A stretch of 15,639 nucleotides of DNA from Candidatus Nanohalobium sp. (GCA_042216335.1 JBDGTY010000067.1:1-15639); one strand, 5' to 3'; positions 1 to 9,601 are shown, counted from the first letter of the stretch. The notes: generated by a model from the letters alone, not told the origin. Translations and numbers: made by a program.

Positions 1-2
1 TT

Positions 3-620
3 CTGCTTCCGTTCGTCGACGGTGTCTTCGCCACGATGCTAGCCTCAGGATACATTGAGACCTTCTCCAGCATTGTCAACGTAGCCTTCACAGTCTTCGC
101 AGGAGCTGGAGCACTCGCCGTACTCTATTCAGAATCAGGATCCGTCCAGGAGGCCAGGAACATGGTCCTCCACGTGACACCAATTTTAATCCTCGGAGGG
201 ATATTTACAGGCCTGGCAGCCCCTGTTTTCACAGAGATATTCTATGTAGGCCGGCTGAAGTACGCTACAGGTCTCGCCATCCTCTCGATATCGCTCCAGC
301 TCGGAGGCATAGAGAAAGCAGAAGTGCTTTCAGTACCCGCCATAATAGTGACAGGCCTCGTCATGTCTCTGAGAAACCCGTCAGCCATCGAACTATCGAC
401 AGCGTATATACTGCCGGCGCTGCTCACGGTTTCGACCGCAGCACTCGGACTCCTGCTGGCCTCAGGGCTCAGAAACCGGATAAAAGTAGACTACATAAGA
501 AAATCAGGAGCCGTAGTCCTGCTGACCATCTCGGCATCGCTCTTCGGACTGAACATACCTTCGATGCTCGGACCAGGGGTGCTGGCCGCCTCGATAATGA
601 TCTCCATCGTTAAAGACTAG
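3..620 (+). CDS. Multi-pass membrane protein, DUF5794-like, 5'-partial
   Basis: The frame is open upstream of the ATG at 36 (LLPFVDGVFATMLASG...), so the gene starts before the window. The LPxVDGxF motif and hydrophobic helices resemble the haloarchaeal DUF5794 family (recalled, not searched). Confidence 0.7.
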   Translation: MLPFVDGVFATMLASGYIETFSSIVNVAFTVFAGAGALAVLYSESGSVQEARNMVLHVTPILILGGIFTGLAAPVFTEIFYVGRLKYATGLAILSISLQLGGIEKAEVLSVPAIIVTGLVMSLRNPSAIELSTAYILPALLTVSTAALGLLLASGLRNRIKVDYIRKSGAVVLLTISASLFGLNIPSMLGPGVLAASIMISIVKD

Positions 621-997
621 AAAGCCTGCATCTCGATCTCTATGCTTCCGGAAAACCTTTGAGTAAGCCTTGCAACCGCTCTCTCCCTGACAGGCCTGAA
701 AGCAGCGATGGCTCCAAGCGCATCAGTCACGAAGCCCGGACTCAAAAGCATCAGGCCGCATATCACGAGCAGTGCTCCCTCCGCGAAGTTTCTCGTCACT
801 TCAGCACCAGTCACGCTCCTCTGGAGCTTCCGCATGACGTACCTGCCCTCCCTCCGGATCAAAGTTGCTCCTATTACACCTGTGGCGATCGAGAAAACCA
901 CTGTCTCCAGCAAACCCACCGTCTCCGCCACCTTGATCAACACGTAGAAATCGATGAAAGGCAGCAAGAGCAAAAGCACTACTATGTATCGGAGCAT
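617..997 (-). CDS. fxsA: FxsA family membrane protein
   Basis: 126 aa. The LLLPFIDFYVLIKV N-terminus and GLMLLSPGFVTDALG match the FxsA PGF(x)TD signature. Confidence 0.88.
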   Translation of the reverse strand: MLRYIVVLLLLLPFIDFYVLIKVAETVGLLETVVFSIATGVIGATLIRREGRYVMRKLQRSVTGAEVTRNFAEGALLVICGLMLLSPGFVTDALGAIAAFRPVRERAVARLTQRFSGSIEIEMQAF

Positions 998-1050
998 GTA
1001 TCAGAGTTGAAAGGTTACCGTTTAAAGCTTCATTTTCCAAAGAATCCTAT

Positions 1051-2088
1051 ATGAAACAGCTTCTGAAGGAACTGGTTGAGACGCCCGGCGTCTCCGGGGA
1101 TGAACACAGGATAAGAGAAAAGATTAAGGAAAAAGTAGAGGATCACGCTGATAGCGTCGAAACAGATAGTATGGGCAACCTGATTGCCCGGAAAGGTTCA
1201 GGCGACAAAACGTTGATGATAGCAACCCACATGGATCAAATCGGCCTGACAGTTCAGACTGTAGACGAAAATGGATTCATCAGATTTTCCAAAGTTGGAG
1301 GAGTGACTACCCAGTCCCTCATGAACCAGAGAGTGACTATCCATGGTGAAGACGGAGATGTGACAGGAGTAATCGGAATGAAGCCTCCTCACCTGATGGA
1401 CAAGGAAAAAAGAGAGGATCTGCCCGAAGAAGAACAGCTTTTCATCGACATAGGCGCCGAAGATGACGAAGATGTTGAAGATGTCGGAATAAGAGTTGGA
1501 GATTACATAACATTCGAAAGACATCTCTCAGAACTCCAGGAAGATTATGTTACTTCTCTCGCTATGGATAACCGTGTTGGATGCGCTGCAGGGATAGAGG
1601 CATTGAAGAGGTTTGACGAAGACTATGAGCTGGCTGTAGTATTCTCCACTCAGGAGGAGGTAGGATTGAAAGGGGCTAAAACCGCGGCATTCGGAGTCAA
1701 CCCCGATGTTGCCCTTGCTGTAGATGTTTCCATTGCAGGAGATGTTCCCGGTATCGACCAGCAGGAGTCAGACCTTGAAGTAGGAGAAGGTGTGGAGATT
1801 ACTATGGTTCAATCCAAAGGCCGTGGATTAATTACGCCCGAGACTGTAAAGGAATGGTTAAGAGGTACAGCAGAGGATGAAGACCATGACTTCCAGCCGG
1901 GAGTCTGGGAGGGCGGTGCGACAGATGCAGCGAACATCTACCTTGTCAGAGAAGGTATTCCAACAGGATCAATCGGTGTTCCGCTCCGGAACATGCACTC
2001 GGCAACGGAGGTCCTGAAGATATCCGACCTTGAAGATACAGTAGACTTCATGGAAGGCTGCTTCGAGACACTCCCGGAACACTTCTAA
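1051..2088 (+). CDS. M42 family (TET-like) metallo-aminopeptidase
   Basis: 345 aa with GVSGDE, HMDQIG, MDNR, QEEVGL, AVDV and MHS metal-ligand motifs. A TTTAAA box lies 30 bp upstream of the ATG. Confidence 0.93.
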   Translation: MKQLLKELVETPGVSGDEHRIREKIKEKVEDHADSVETDSMGNLIARKGSGDKTLMIATHMDQIGLTVQTVDENGFIRFSKVGGVTTQSLMNQRVTIHGEDGDVTGVIGMKPPHLMDKEKREDLPEEEQLFIDIGAEDDEDVEDVGIRVGDYITFERHLSELQEDYVTSLAMDNRVGCAAGIEALKRFDEDYELAVVFSTQEEVGLKGAKTAAFGVNPDVALAVDVSIAGDVPGIDQQESDLEVGEGVEITMVQSKGRGLITPETVKEWLRGTAEDEDHDFQPGVWEGGATDAANIYLVREGIPTGSIGVPLRNMHSATEVLKISDLEDTVDFMEGCFETLPEHF

Positions 2089-2102
2089 TTTTTCTCTCCT
2101 TT
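2089..2102 (+). terminator. Oligo-T/pyrimidine archaeal terminator candidate between convergent genes
   Basis: TTTTTCTCTCCTTT directly after the peptidase stop codon. Confidence 0.4.
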
Positions 2103-3302
2103 CTACTCATACCGCAGTGCTTCAGCCGGTGGCATCTTCGCCGCTCTCCTTGCCGGTAGCACACCTGAGATTACTCCGACTACGAACGAGAACCCGATGG
2201 CTCCCAGCAGTAGTTCAGGGCCGAGATACGGGTTGATCTGTATCTGGACGGCCTGTGTGGCTGCATAGGATGCGAGTGTGGAGAGCGTGGCTCCGACTGC
2301 TACGCCGAGTATGCCTCCGGCCATGCCGATTATGCCTGCTTCGAAGAGGAAGAGTGTCATTATCTGTTTTCTGGTGGCGCCTATGGCTTTCATGACTCCT
2401 ATCTCCCGTGTTCTCTGCGTCACGGAGGTGTACATCGTGTTCATGATGTTGACTGCGCCGACAAGGAGTGAGATGGATGCTATGCCGATGACGACGCCTC
2501 TGACGACGGAAAGTATGCTGTTGAATGATTCGAGGAGGTCTTCCTGCGTCGACACTGAGAAGTTCTCCTCTCCTTTCTCCAGATTTCTCACCCGCCTGAG
2601 CTGTTTTTTTACTTCTTTCTTGGCCTCTTGAGGTGTGAAGCCGTCCTGTATCCGGGCGAATATCCAGTCGTACATATTTTCCTGCCTGCCTGTCAGTTCG
2701 ACGGCCCGGCTATAAGGCATAACAACCGATTGATCAATACTGGGGTCGCCTGTCGGCTTGTAGGTTCCGACTATACGGAACTTCTCCCCATTGACTGTTA
2801 ACTGGGATCTCAGGCCCAGATCTTCCCCAAAGTGGAATTTGGCGATCGCGCTGCCGACGACTATGTTTGATGTGTCGGTGGACTGTATGCCTCTACCCTC
2901 GTCTATTTCCAAAGCCCAGCTCTCCCTGATAAGCTGTTTGGAGTCTGTCGGCATGCCGAGAACCGTGACGAACTCCTGTCTGTCGTTGTATTCTGCGGTC
3001 GTCGTGGCGAATATGACTCCGTCGGCGGTATCGACTGACTTGGCCGATCTGACCGCCTCCAGATCGTCCTGTGTCAGTTTCTGGCTGGCGGTTGAGGTTG
3101 CGCTGCTGGCCGGGTTTATGAAGAGTTTGTCGCTGCCGATCTGCTGGAACTCCTGCTGTACCGAGCTCTGTAATCCCTGGCCGAGTGAGACGAGTGCTAC
3201 GACGGCTGCGATGCCTATGAATACTCCTACCACTGTCAGCCAGCTGCGTCTGCCCCTGTGCCTTATGTTTCTGAACGCTATCTTGAACAGGTCCTTTATC
3301 AT
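2103..3302 (-). CDS. ABC transporter permease, MacB/FtsX family
   Basis: RSWLTVVGVFIGIAAVV TM1, large extracellular domain, NIMNTMYTSVTQRTREIGVMKAIGA, and PARRAA...EALRYE C-terminus. Confidence 0.93.
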   Translation of the reverse strand: MIKDLFKIAFRNIRHRGRRSWLTVVGVFIGIAAVVALVSLGQGLQSSVQQEFQQIGSDKLFINPASSATSTASQKLTQDDLEAVRSAKSVDTADGVIFATTTAEYNDRQEFVTVLGMPTDSKQLIRESWALEIDEGRGIQSTDTSNIVVGSAIAKFHFGEDLGLRSQLTVNGEKFRIVGTYKPTGDPSIDQSVVMPYSRAVELTGRQENMYDWIFARIQDGFTPQEAKKEVKKQLRRVRNLEKGEENFSVSTQEDLLESFNSILSVVRGVVIGIASISLLVGAVNIMNTMYTSVTQRTREIGVMKAIGATRKQIMTLFLFEAGIIGMAGGILGVAVGATLSTLASYAATQAVQIQINPYLGPELLLGAIGFSFVVGVISGVLPARRAAKMPPAEALRYE

Positions 3303-4507
3303 CCGAATCTCAACGCCTCCACAGGTTCTTTTCTGGCTGCTTTTAGAGCCGGTAGTGCGCCTGACACCATGCCGACGATGAATGAGAAAAGTACTGATGC
3401 CAGGACGAGTTCGATGGATACATAGGGCTGGAACGGTATGGAGACCGCGGATCTGATGGCGACTCCTGCGAGGAAGCTGATGCCGATCCCGACTGTCGCG
3501 CCCAGCAGTCCTCCTATCATGCCGACCATGCCGGACTCTATCATGAAAAGTGCGAGTATCTGTTTTCTGGTTGCTCCGACCGCCTTCATCACTCCGATCT
3601 CTCGCGTTCTTTCCGTGACGGAGGTGTACATCGTGTTCATTATGCCGATGCCTCCGACAAGTAGTGAGATGCTGCCTATGCCGAGCAGGATGACCCTGAT
3701 AATGCTTAACTGGTTTCTGAATGATCTGAGTATGTCTTCTGCTGTCCTGACGTTAAAGGTTTCCTCTCCTTTCTCTACGTCTCTCTCGTTTCTCAGCTGC
3801 GTACTTATCTGGCTTGCTGCTTCTTCCGGCCTGAATCCGGGCCTGACCTGAGCCACTATCATGTCATACGAGTTCTCTTTGCCGAGAAGCTTCCTGGCTT
3901 TTTCTATCGGCAGGATAAGGCCGTTCACTCCCTGTACTGCGCCGGATGCCGAGTACTTTCCGACTATCCTGTACTCCTCTCCGTTTATCTTGATGGATGA
4001 ACGGAGCAGTACGTTTTCCTCAAACCTGTTCTTGGCTACACCTGTTTCTATGACTGCGGAGCCGGCGTCATTCTGTCTTATGTACCTCCCCTCCTGCATC
4101 TGTATGCCGAATACATCCAGTGCGACCTGTCTCTCCCTTCCTGTCGGCAGTCCTGTAACCAAGATGTACTGGTTGTCCCTGCGGTACTCTGCGAGGACAT
4201 TGCCGGAAATCATGCCAACGGCCTCCTCCACGGCGTTGGCCCTCTCAACCGCTGCTATATCATCTTCTGTCAGCTTGAACGTGGTGTCGGAGAAGCGCCC
4301 GGATAGGCCGCCACCCGGCGAGATGAAGACTTTGTTTCCGCCGAGTTCGTTGAGTTCTGATTCGACCGACGACTCCAACCCTTGGCCGATGGATACGAGG
4401 GAGACTACGGCCATTATGCCGATGAGTGTGCCGATTATGGTGAGCCAGGAGCGCCTTTTCCTGTGGCGCAGAGAGTTGACGGAGAGGCGGAAGAAGTCCA
4501 GGAGCAT
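3299..4507 (-). CDS. ABC transporter permease, MacB/FtsX family (paralog)
   Basis: Same architecture, with GIMNTMYTSVTERTREIGVMKAVGA. Overlaps the downstream permease by 4 bp (ATGA). Confidence 0.93.
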   Translation of the reverse strand: MLLDFFRLSVNSLRHRKRRSWLTIIGTLIGIMAVVSLVSIGQGLESSVESELNELGGNKVFISPGGGLSGRFSDTTFKLTEDDIAAVERANAVEEAVGMISGNVLAEYRRDNQYILVTGLPTGRERQVALDVFGIQMQEGRYIRQNDAGSAVIETGVAKNRFEENVLLRSSIKINGEEYRIVGKYSASGAVQGVNGLILPIEKARKLLGKENSYDMIVAQVRPGFRPEEAASQISTQLRNERDVEKGEETFNVRTAEDILRSFRNQLSIIRVILLGIGSISLLVGGIGIMNTMYTSVTERTREIGVMKAVGATRKQILALFMIESGMVGMIGGLLGATVGIGISFLAGVAIRSAVSIPFQPYVSIELVLASVLFSFIVGMVSGALPALKAARKEPVEALRFG

Positions 4508-4513
4508 AGGTGT

Positions 4514-5710
4514 TTACTCCTTCCGCTTTCTTCTCCAGTAGTAGACCCCGCCGCCTACCAGAAGCAGCGCCACGACTATCAACGGCAGTGGACTGCCTCC
4601 TGTTCCCAGTCCGTACTTCTGCAGGTCTTTCTGTGTGTAGAGCTCTGCGGAGACTTTCTGGGTTTCGACCTGTTGCCCTCCGCTGTCACTGTAGGTCACC
4701 TGGACAGGGAACTTGACTTCGTCCACGTTCACGCTTTCCTGCTCCGCGTTGACGTTGACTTTGAAGGATGCGTTCTGGAAGTCGTCGGGATCCATGGAAC
4801 CGATGTAGACCTTGTTGCTGCCGATGACCTCTACGTTGTCGTTCTCCTGGAGCTCCAGGGATACGAAGTCTGCTGCTCCGTGCCCGCGGTTGACAAGCCG
4901 GAAAGTTATCTCTCTCGTTCCTCCGGTCAGTGCTTCCTCGGTGCTCAGGCCGACGTCAAGCCGCGGCTCTCCACCGACATTGACACCGGTTGTCGTCGAC
5001 TGCTCGAACTCGGTTCCGGCCTCGTTCTCGAAGCTGATGGTGATCGGCAGCTTGTAGACTCCGTTCTCAGCCGACTCATCGATGTTCAGCGTGTAGTTGA
5101 CGGAGACTGATTCTCCGGCAGATACTGCCTCGATGTTCTTTGTTGAGGAGTCAGATGTTGCGACCGGTAGGTTCTGACCGGAGACGTCCAGTGAAACCTC
5201 GATGTTCTTCAGCTGGGAGTCGGCCAGGTTCTCCAGTTCGAGCTTCATCTGTGCCGATGTACCGGGAGCAACCTTTCCCGGGAACTCTATGTCCTTTACA
5301 GCCAGGACGTTCCTGTCCGACCTGACCTCCACAGGAACCTTCTCAACGTATGAGATCCCGGAGGTGTCGACCCGGAAGTTCAGCGTGTTGTTGCCCTGCA
5401 CCGCGTTCTCATCTACGCGCGCTTGAAGATGTATCTGGTATGTCTCACCAGGTTGAAGGCTGTTGATGCTCCAGTTCTTCCTGTCTCCTCCCTCAACCGA
5501 GAAAGGATAGTTCTCCAGGAAAGAGAGATCAAGGTTCTGGGCCTCGGCGTTCCCCGTATTCTCCACCTCGAGCCAGAGATCTGCGTACTCCGAGGTCTGG
5601 AGCGGAGTAGGCTCGGAATTCTCAAGATTTATTTCGATGTTTGAAGTGGTCTGTGAGGCTGCAAAGGCTGTGAAGACCATTAGTGCCGTAAATAATGTGA
5701 TTCGTTTCAT
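4514..5710 (-). CDS. COG1361 S-layer-domain surface protein associated with the ABC operon
   Basis: N-terminal signal peptide, repeated Ig-like segments (VENTGNAEA, LENLADSQL, LVNRGHGAA), and a C-terminal TM helix followed by RRKRKE. Confidence 0.8.
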   Translation of the reverse strand: MKRITLFTALMVFTAFAASQTTSNIEINLENSEPTPLQTSEYADLWLEVENTGNAEAQNLDLSFLENYPFSVEGGDRKNWSINSLQPGETYQIHLQARVDENAVQGNNTLNFRVDTSGISYVEKVPVEVRSDRNVLAVKDIEFPGKVAPGTSAQMKLELENLADSQLKNIEVSLDVSGQNLPVATSDSSTKNIEAVSAGESVSVNYTLNIDESAENGVYKLPITISFENEAGTEFEQSTTTGVNVGGEPRLDVGLSTEEALTGGTREITFRLVNRGHGAADFVSLELQENDNVEVIGSNKVYIGSMDPDDFQNASFKVNVNAEQESVNVDEVKFPVQVTYSDSGGQQVETQKVSAELYTQKDLQKYGLGTGGSPLPLIVVALLLVGGGVYYWRRKRKE

Positions 5711-5716
5711 ATAATA

Positions 5717-6422
5717 CTAGTTTTCCTCCAGTTCTTCCTGTTTAACGTCTTTATCCGGGTCCGTGACTCCGTCGATAATCTGTATGGTCCTGTCCGCGTA
5801 CTCTGCATCGTTCGGATCGTGCGTTACCATGATTATGGTCTTGCCCTCCTCGTTCAGCTCGGTCAGAAGATCCATAATCTTCCCGCCGGTCTCTGTGTCC
5901 AGGTTACCGGTCGGCTCGTCGGCCAGAACGATATCAGGGTCGTTCGCCAGTGCTCTCGCGATAGAAACTCTCTGCCGCTGGCCTCCAGAAAGCTCGCTGG
6001 GCCGGTGCTCCGTCCTGTCTCCCAGCCCGACGTCTTCAAGAAGATCTGTGGCTCTCTCTTTCCTCTCCTTCTTCGATTTACCTCTGAATACCATTGGGAG
6101 AGCTACGTTCTGCCAGGCATTCATGGAATTGATGAGGTTGAACTCCTGGAACACAAAGCCGATCTTCCGGCTCCTCAGAAGCGCCAGTTCGTCAGGAGAC
6201 ATCTCGGCGATCTCTTCATCGCCGACGGTTACCTCTCCGCTTGTCGGTACGTCCAGGGCACCTATCATGTTCATCAGTGTGGATTTGCCGGAGCCTGAAG
6301 GCCCCCATGATGGCCACGAACTCTCCCTCTTTTATCTCTGCGTCCGAGCCTCTCAGTGCTTCGACCTCGGTTTCCCCTAACTTGTATACTTTCCGGACGT
6401 TTTCCAGGGTTATCGTAGACAT
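5717..6422 (-). pseudogene. ABC transporter ATP-binding protein (LolD/MacB type), split by a +1 frameshift at 6302-6306
   Basis: ORF 6216-6422 gives MSTITLENVRKVY...EFVAIMG and ORF 5717-6274 gives LSGGQRQR, LADEPTGNLD and VTHD. Removing one G from ATGGGGGCC restores Walker A GPSGSGKST. It may be a homopolymer sequencing error. Confidence 0.85.
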
Positions 6423-6458
6423 AACTTTCTAATTGTTCTCAGCGCCTTTAACTTTGCT

Positions 6459-6800
6459 CTACTTCTGTTCGATTTCTGTCGAAACAAGTTCCAGGCTGCC
6501 ACGGTATAGATCGACCTTGCCCGTCACCACGACCGTCTCTCCGCCGGAAAACCTCCTCTTCTGGAAGTCCACGACCATGATGCTGGAGTTCCCTGACTTC
6601 AGCTGGAAGAAGGAAGCGGAATCAGTGGTGTAGAAACCTGTGACTTCGCCCTCGACGCGGAGGCTCCGACCTATATCACTCCTCGAGACCTCAGAAACGG
6701 CCACCTTCTCAGGCCTCATGAACTGCGTCGAGAAATACATTATGCCGAGGCCGACAGCCGAGACCAGAATGCAGAGCCGGGCGAAGTTCTCCCTGTTCAT
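6459..6800 (-). CDS. Membrane-anchored OB-fold nucleic-acid-binding protein
   Basis: N-terminal TM helix followed by an OB-like pattern (VEGEV...F.LKSG...VVVTGKVDLYRGSLEL). Overlaps thpR by 4 bp. Confidence 0.7.
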   Translation of the reverse strand: MNRENFARLCILVSAVGLGIMYFSTQFMRPEKVAVSEVSRSDIGRSLRVEGEVTGFYTTDSASFFQLKSGNSSIMVVDFQKRRFSGGETVVVTGKVDLYRGSLELVSTEIEQK

Positions 6801-7330
6801 AGCTCGACTTCCTCAAGTTCACGGTACTCTGTTCCGTTTCCTGTCCGTATACTCTCGAAAAGCTTGACGGAGTCGACTTCTATCTTGCCGATAACCTCAT
6901 CTTCAACATCCTCCAGTGTCTCCCGGAACTGTTTCCTGTGCCGGGCCGAAACACTATCTACGCGGGCAAGCGTGACGTGCGGATGGAAGTCATGATTGTT
7001 GCTGGACTCGACGGAGTGATCCGAGACCTGCTCCTTCAGCTCATATATCTCCTCCGACTCTACTCCGGCCCAGACCACTCTTAAATGATCTTTCGAGGGG
7101 AATACTCCTGCACCTCTGATTTCCAGTTTGAAAGGTTCTATATCCGTTTCCTTAATCGCGGCTATTATCTCCTCGGCCTCCTCATCTTCGATTTCCTGGA
7201 AGAACTGGAGCGTGATATGCATCTTCTCCGATTTCACAAGGTTGAATCCGAAGTCCAGCTTTCTCTGCAGCTTTTCCAGCTCCAGTTTTATCCCGGTGTC
7301 TTCTATGTCTACCGCGGTGAAGGCGCGCAT
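6797..7330 (-). CDS. thpR: RNA 2',3'-cyclic phosphodiesterase (2H family, LigT/ThpR)
   Basis: MRAFTAVD start, two HxT motifs (MHITLQF, PHVTLAR), GVFP...RVVWAG and LFES. Confidence 0.92.
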   Translation of the reverse strand: MRAFTAVDIEDTGIKLELEKLQRKLDFGFNLVKSEKMHITLQFFQEIEDEEAEEIIAAIKETDIEPFKLEIRGAGVFPSKDHLRVVWAGVESEEIYELKEQVSDHSVESSNNHDFHPHVTLARVDSVSARHRKQFRETLEDVEDEVIGKIEVDSVKLFESIRTGNGTEYRELEEVEL

Positions 7331-7384
7331 GGAAAGTTTTTAACTCTCCGCGTCTAAAAACTTCCTGTAAGGTGACCTAAAACA

Positions 7385-7645
7385 GTGCCAGCCACACCAC
7401 GCGGAAAGGAGATAACCGGCAAGACAGTCGTATCAGAAGAACACGGTAAAAAATTCGGACAGGTCCAGGACCTCTCATTCGTCGGAGACACAGGCGAACT
7501 CATGAACCTGCTAGTAACAGACACAACACAGCACCTCGACGAGGAACAGCTCCAAAGCGACAAGAAAGGAAGAAGCATCATCCCGTTCTCCGCGGTCAGA
7601 AGCGTGGGAGACTTCGTAATCGTAAGCGAAGACGACATACTATAA
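7385..7645 (+). CDS. PRC-barrel domain protein (CdpB-like)
   Basis: GKTVVSEEHGKKFGQVQDL and IIPFSAVRSVGDFVIV are typical PRC-barrel segments. GTG start preceded by an AGGTGA Shine-Dalgarno at about 7370. Confidence 0.85.
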   Translation: MPATPRGKEITGKTVVSEEHGKKFGQVQDLSFVGDTGELMNLLVTDTTQHLDEEQLQSDKKGRSIIPFSAVRSVGDFVIVSEDDIL

Positions 7646-7675
7646 ATTAGGGATATAACAGCAGGAGACAAGGTT

Positions 7676-7900
7676 CTATTTTCCGGCCTCTTCCATAGCT
7701 GTCTCCATAGCACCTTTCTTAAGCTCGTCGACAGATTTCTCAATATCACCGAGCTCATTCCTCATGGCTTCTAAAGGATCGTCCTCAATAGGAATCAAGA
7801 TAATCTTATCTCCTCTGTCGATCAGCTCAAACTCTGTGCCCCTCTTCTCCCTGATTTCCTTCGGGATATAGATTCTGCCATCGTCGGCATTAACTTCCAT
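7676..7900 (-). CDS. AbrB/MazE/SpoVT family DNA-binding protein (orphan antitoxin-like)
   Basis: MEVNADDGRIYIPKEIR...IILIPIEDDPL. The real start is probably the ATG at 7900 rather than 7963. Confidence 0.82.
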   Translation of the reverse strand: MEVNADDGRIYIPKEIREKRGTEFELIDRGDKIILIPIEDDPLEAMRNELGDIEKSVDELKKGAMETAMEEAGK

Positions 7901-7983
7901 ACAAAATAAGTCTTCTCGGCAAAACTCAAATGAGTTACAAAAAGCGACAATTTCGAACCACAATATTGGAAAGAACTTTAAGT

Positions 7984-8014
7984 TAGTACCACTAAATTAG
8001 TCTCAGTGGTACTA
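7984..8014. promoter_or_regulatory. Probable VapBC autorepression operator (perfect inverted repeat)
   Basis: TAGTACCACT-N11-AGTGGTACTA, lying between the TTTAAG TATA-like box (~7977) and the antitoxin ATG. Confidence 0.7.
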
Positions 8015-8244
8015 TGGCTGTCGCGAGTGTAGATGAACAAGGGAGAGTATACATCCCAAAAGATATCAGAGACCAGTACGGAGACAAGTTCCGGATTATA
8101 GATACGAAGGACGGACTTGTGTTCATGCCGCTGCCGGAAGACCCTCTGGAAACCTTCCAGGAGAAGGAGAAGCTTGAAGACAAGAGTATCAAGGATCTCA
8201 AAGAAGAAGTCAGAGAGGGAGCTCAGGAGCAGGTTTCGGAATGA
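8014..8244 (+). CDS. vapB: AbrB-type antitoxin (VapB)
   Basis: VDEQGRVYIPKDIR swapped-hairpin motif. Overlaps the PIN gene by 4 bp (ATGA). Confidence 0.85.
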   Translation: MAVASVDEQGRVYIPKDIRDQYGDKFRIIDTKDGLVFMPLPEDPLETFQEKEKLEDKSIKDLKEEVREGAQEQVSE

Positions 8245-8603
8245 GGTACGCTGATACAGACTTTGTCACGGCGTTGCTCAAAGATTCTGACTGGTTGAAA
8301 CAGTCGGCAAGGGGAGTTTACCGAGAGAAAGGTGACGAGATATTTACCTCTCACGTAACTTTGAACGAGCTGCTGATTCTGTGCGAAAGAGAGGGCATGG
8401 ACCCCAAGGAGAAGCTTGCCACGCTTGAAATGATGATAGAGATCAGAGCCGATACTGACAGATATCTTGAAGCCGCCCACTACATGAAAGAACATGGGAT
8501 GCATACCTTTGACGCGCTTCAGGTAGCGTTCAGCCAAGGAGAGAAAATACTGACAACAGACCAGGAAATAAAGGAATTGACAGAGGTAGAAGACTTCAAA
8601 TAA
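8241..8603 (+). CDS. vapC: PIN-domain toxin (VapC)
   Basis: YADTDF, TLNEL, FDALQVA and ILTTD acidic PIN tetrad pattern. Confidence 0.87.
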   Translation: MRYADTDFVTALLKDSDWLKQSARGVYREKGDEIFTSHVTLNELLILCEREGMDPKEKLATLEMMIEIRADTDRYLEAAHYMKEHGMHTFDALQVAFSQGEKILTTDQEIKELTEVEDFK

Positions 8604-8623
8604 AGATAAGGAAGATAGGAAAT

Positions 8624-9580
8624 TTAGCCGTCAATTATTCCTTCGTCCTCGATGCTGTAGACGGCTTCTCCCTCAGGCAGGTAAGGCGAGTCCTCCAATC
8701 GGGCCACGCGCGTGTCCTTCTTGCCTTTACGTAGGTAGATTATGACTGCGCAGTTGTGTGCGACGATGTTTCCTCCGATGGCCTTTGTAGGATCGCCAAA
8801 CATCTGGTCCGGGTTGTCCATGACCTGGTTGGTGACTACGACTGCCACGTTGTGGGTGTTGGCGATACGGAGGAGTGTTGCCATGTGCTTGTTCAGCTTC
8901 TGCTGCCGGTTCGCCAGCTCTCCTCTTCCGACATACTCTGACCGGAAGTGAGCCATCAGTGAGTCGACGACTATCAGGCCGATGTCGTTGTCCTGGCAGA
9001 TCTGCTTGGCTTCCTCCGCCAGAAGCATCTGGTGGTCAGAGTTGAATGCCCGGGCAACGTGGATGTTGTCAAGCACTTCGTCTACATCCATGTCCTGTTC
9101 TTCTGCCATCTGTTCAATTCTCTCCGGGATGAATGTGTCCTCGGTGTCGATGTAGATTGCTCCTTTGTCCATACCGCCTTCTTCCTCCGATCTCTGTACG
9201 TTTACCGCCAGGTGGTGGGCGATCTGTGTCTTTCCTGCTCCAAACTCTCCGTAGAGCTCGGTGATGCATTGTGTCTCGAAGCCGCCGTCCAGAAGTTCAT
9301 TGAAGTCCTCGCTGTTTGTGCCGATCTTCTGCATGTTTTTGCGTTCCTCACGCTTCTCTGTAGCAGTCTCGAATCCGCCGACATCTGCCTTCTCCTTTGC
9401 GGATTTCACAATCGACTCTGCAGCGCTTTCGCCGATTCCATCTACTTTTCCTGAGAGTTCGCCGGCCTTCATGTTGGCTAGTTCCATGAGGTTGGCGAGT
9501 CCTTCCTCTCTCAGTCTTTCCGCGGTTTTACCTCCCACTCCTTTCAGATCTTCCAGTTCAACGTCCTGTTCTTCGCTCAT
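8624..9580 (-). CDS. radA: DNA repair and recombination protein RadA
   Basis: N-terminal HhH (LKGVGGKTA), GGFETA polymerisation motif, Walker A GEFGAGKTQ, YIDTEDTF, VVDSL, VVTNQV and DSPYLPEGEA. No intein. Confidence 0.97.
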   Translation of the reverse strand: MSEEQDVELEDLKGVGGKTAERLREEGLANLMELANMKAGELSGKVDGIGESAAESIVKSAKEKADVGGFETATEKREERKNMQKIGTNSEDFNELLDGGFETQCITELYGEFGAGKTQIAHHLAVNVQRSEEEGGMDKGAIYIDTEDTFIPERIEQMAEEQDMDVDEVLDNIHVARAFNSDHQMLLAEEAKQICQDNDIGLIVVDSLMAHFRSEYVGRGELANRQQKLNKHMATLLRIANTHNVAVVVTNQVMDNPDQMFGDPTKAIGGNIVAHNCAVIIYLRKGKKDTRVARLEDSPYLPEGEAVYSIEDEGIIDG

Positions 9581-9601
9581 AGTATTTTTACCCTAGAAAA
9601 T

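Noticed and set aside
2278-6380. Numerous + strand ORFs over the ABC operon
   Set aside because: Antisense shadows of well-supported minus-strand genes.
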